Below are positions 61,128 to 64,000 of a stretch of 64,000 nt of DNA, piece by piece (positions within the stretch are counted from its first letter, which is position 1; each line of letters opens with the position of its first letter). The stretch lies in contig NC_134033.1 in assembly GCF_964204645.1 (NCBI RefSeq), positions 3,492,131 through 3,556,130 of the forward strand, given 5' to 3'. Under the pieces are notes generated by a model. That model had not been told where the DNA came from and did not search any database. It saw only the letters and a program-made list of their open reading frames with translations. Source of the DNA: Tubulanus polymorphus. Its lineage: Eukaryota > Animalia > Nemertea. Made by a program: the position numbers and the translations under genes.

Positions 61128-63925
61128 TTAGAACGCATGCATTGTTAAATACTTTGAATAGTACTTCCTATAAAAGATTTCTAATTTTGGAAGCAGAGAT
61201 AGTTCACAGTGTTTTTGATCATGATAAACCCTCTCTACATAAAGGTCCTTATGAGTATAAACAACGAAATAGCACATTTTCCGTTTGCAAATATGCAACT
61301 GTCCTTGAATCTGATCATAGTAATTATGCGAACGTTTCAGCTTCTTATCTTTTGCACTAAGAAACTTGAAGTATGGCCCCGGAGCAATAAGTTCATTTCT
61401 ACCGCGATACGGACATTTCACTTCAACAATGGCATCCTCAGACACAAGGCCATCTGGGCTCGCGCCTAGATAATCTATATCTGGCCTCACATGAAGTCCG
61501 CAAGGCTGTACTTTAACGGAGAATTTACCTTCAAAAGCCGCTATCGCCTTACTTTCGAATGTCTTTCCATGGCAAACAGCAGCATTTCTCAACGGAATAT
61601 TATCGTGAAGAGATTTACACAATTTGTCGATATTGCGCCTTTTCGTGAGCGAAACAATTTCACCGAAACGAGATGCAGTTAATCGTAGCTGCCTTTCCTG
61701 AAACCATTGACTAGATTCTGCCTGCTTCCTAGTACTCCTTTCTAGTAATATTGCCTGTGTTTCATTTAACTGAAAAGGCAAAATGGAATATTAATTATAA
61801 GCACAGAGGGAAGGATAACATAGGTCACTCTCAGACACGTTGATTAAAAACTTACCTTAATAGAGTTTTCCACCCAATATTCAAGCAAAGTTTTTTTCAG
61901 ATAATCATGGTCAATTGCTGCTGTTTTGATATCGGCTTTCTTGTACTTATACTTGATGGGTAGGTCTAAAGACGATACAGAGCAGTAATTAAGGACAATT
62001 CCCCGGACATAATCCTCGTATCCAGCTGATTTCCGGTATTTCACAGGCCTTGGATCCTCCATTGATACCTCGCGTTTCTTTGATTTTGATAGAGGTAAGT
62101 CACCAGCCTTGACAGGGGAACCTGTTAAGAAGTGACGGGTAAATTTAAACAAGGTCACAGCCGAGCTAAAAATTGAAAACCAAGTACATTATGTAAAACA
62201 TTGCCATTACATCAGAATTTATAAAAAATAAGATATATAGGGTACGAATTTGCTGAATGGTGGCGATGTAACCAAACAACTTACCAGTATAAACAGACTT
62301 GGGCTTATGGAATGTTTGTAGATTTTCCGTACACGATTTAAGTATTTCGGGAGCGTTAGGCCCATCTGATGACACAAAATTAGCAAACATCAAAAGTACA
62401 GCCGCGACATGCTTACAGGTCCCATTAGGACCCTTACCGGCAGGGCACTCACAATGGCTGTTTCTGAATTCACCAGTTGTTTGAGACAATGATATCTGGT
62501 ACGAGTATGAGATCTGCAATGAAATATAAAAATAAACTAATCAACAATGTTTGCTACATTACAACCTTTTAAGAATACAGTTGTATTGCAGATTTATGTG
62601 GATTTAAAGGAGGGAATATTGTGTTATTTTGATGAAATATAAAACTGGCCTACCTTTTTTTTCATAGCAGCACCAACTAATCCAGTCAGATAAACAATTC
62701 CGCTTTTGATGAGAATACTGCAGGCTTGAACACGTTGCGATTCTATGAGCTGCTGACCCTTCTCAATAGCTTTAATGTCTTTGGTACAGTGGTTGTCCAT
62801 TGCCATTCTATACGTGAAATATGCAGTTACTGTGTCAATATTGAATTTTGGCAATACAATCTTATGATCATTTGTAAGCTGTTTGAAACCGCATGTGGGC
62901 CATTCCGGAACTGTTTCTTGTGGTAATGTTATGGCCGGTCCCCTAAAATCGTTGTTACGGCCGTATGCTTCTAATCTGCAATGAACACGAAATAATCATG
63001 AAATATAAACATCTAATGTCAAAAATCATTCAATCAACTAACAGAAAGTTGACCCAGAGTTGAAATGTTACATCGAAATGATTACTCCAAGCATGGACGT
63101 CTATACGTCCATGGTCATACAGATTTGTATTTAACTCAACTGTGTTGTGGTAAGAAGGTATATAAGTAAGGTATTCAGTTTACCGTCACCTCAAGTTGAT
63201 CAGGGTTCTGACTATAATTCCAATAACATATAAAAATTCAATAGAGACTAGACACAGCAGCAGACATGTCCAATGATTTATGGATACATTGGCAGTAAAA
63301 TTTGGCATCAGCTTCAATTCATGTTCGATAGATGGCGCCAGTGGTAACTCAGCTGTTGCGATGGTTAGCTGACAAGGCGTCCTACATCCCGATAATAATC
63401 CCTACATTTCAAGATATAAACATTGCCATCTAAACTTCTCAAGGCAATCATAATATCAAATAGTGATTTAAAAAACGTTTTATCGATGACTTTTATGTGC
63501 ATTATGTTTATTTTCCGGACATGAAAACCGAAAAATAATGAAAGATATCGCGGGACGGGACGCGTGGGACCGGCCATAGCCATCCTCGCAGCCCGGGCTG
63601 GTGACGGTAAACTTGTACTATACCCTGACCCACAACCCACTGAGGTTTAGCTTTCATCTCTGGATCTATTAAAACACGTTCATTTCACTTGAGCATAGGT
63701 CTAGAATCATCGATGATTTTGGCAAAAAATCACTGTTGATTCCATGATCATTGCAACATTTTTGCGCAGACTAAACGACTGAACACCATCAACCGCATGG
63801 AAATATGATCGACATTTAAATTACCTTTCAATTAGGTTGATTTTCCTCCCATAGGTTACCGCACCTCGTCGGCTTAACTCTTGTTTCAGCTTCGGTACAG
63901 TCCATGACCCGTAATTCTCTGACAT
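61128..63925 (-). CDS. SAP + SWIM zinc finger + YqaJ/lambda-exonuclease protein (ISL2EU second ORF)
   Basis: Exons 63925-63825, 62975-62654, 62513-62285, 62121-61856, 61769-61128. SAP WTVPKLKQELSRRG..GRK..LIERL; SWIM CECPAG..CKH; YqaJ W..ER..RLTASRFG, GASPDG, EVKCP, QIQGQL. Confidence 0.88.
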
Positions 63926-64000
63926 TATTACAATTTAAAAGTAGGAAATCGAGCGCGGAAGTGAGCGGAAGTCGATACGCGATGGCTACTAACGCACACA

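Larger units (their letters stand above)
58488..64000. mobile_element. ISL2EU-type (PIF/Harbinger-related) autonomous DNA transposon; right end just beyond the window
   Basis: Starts GG after a target AT. Carries convergent THAP-DDE and SAP-SWIM-YqaJ genes. 63984-63993 (GGCTACTAAC) is the inverted match of 58531-58540. Confidence 0.88.

Noticed and set aside
61128-61781. Phage or bacterial contamination suggested by the YqaJ recombinase domain
   Set aside because: The gene has spliceosomal introns and SAP/SWIM domains and is the normal second ORF of ISL2EU elements.

Overview
Eukaryotic, intron-containing, AT-rich genomic DNA. It looks like a marine invertebrate, probably a lophotrochozoan (inference). 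In order: (1) a tandem duplication carrying two agmatinase/guanidino-acid hydrolase (AGMAT-like) genes on +, separated by RTE-X-type LINE fragments. Copy 2 has two paralogous 201-nt active-site exons only 54 nt apart, probably mutually exclusive. Copy 1 has lost the canonical one of these and has a different, LTR-like upstream region. (2) An intact 11-exon EFHC2 on -, head-to-head with CMC4 on +. (3) A disabled, possibly myristoylated WD40-SOCS-box gene starting 52 nt after the CMC4 stop. (4) A second ~15.3-kb tandem duplication, each unit holding a secreted two-PAN/Apple-domain gene (+) and a very large CUB/C-type-lectin/LDLa/LRR/7TM GRL101-like GPCR gene (-). A decayed AT-rich virus/Polinton-like patch lies between the units. 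(5) An apparently intact ISL2EU-type transposon (THAP-DDE transposase plus convergent SAP-SWIM-YqaJ gene) inserted at an AT in the second GPCR copy and running to the window end. There are also many MITEs, intronic minisatellites and Penelope-like hammerhead remnants. All exon boundaries were read by eye from GT/AG sites and frame continuity. No database search was run; family comparisons are from memory.
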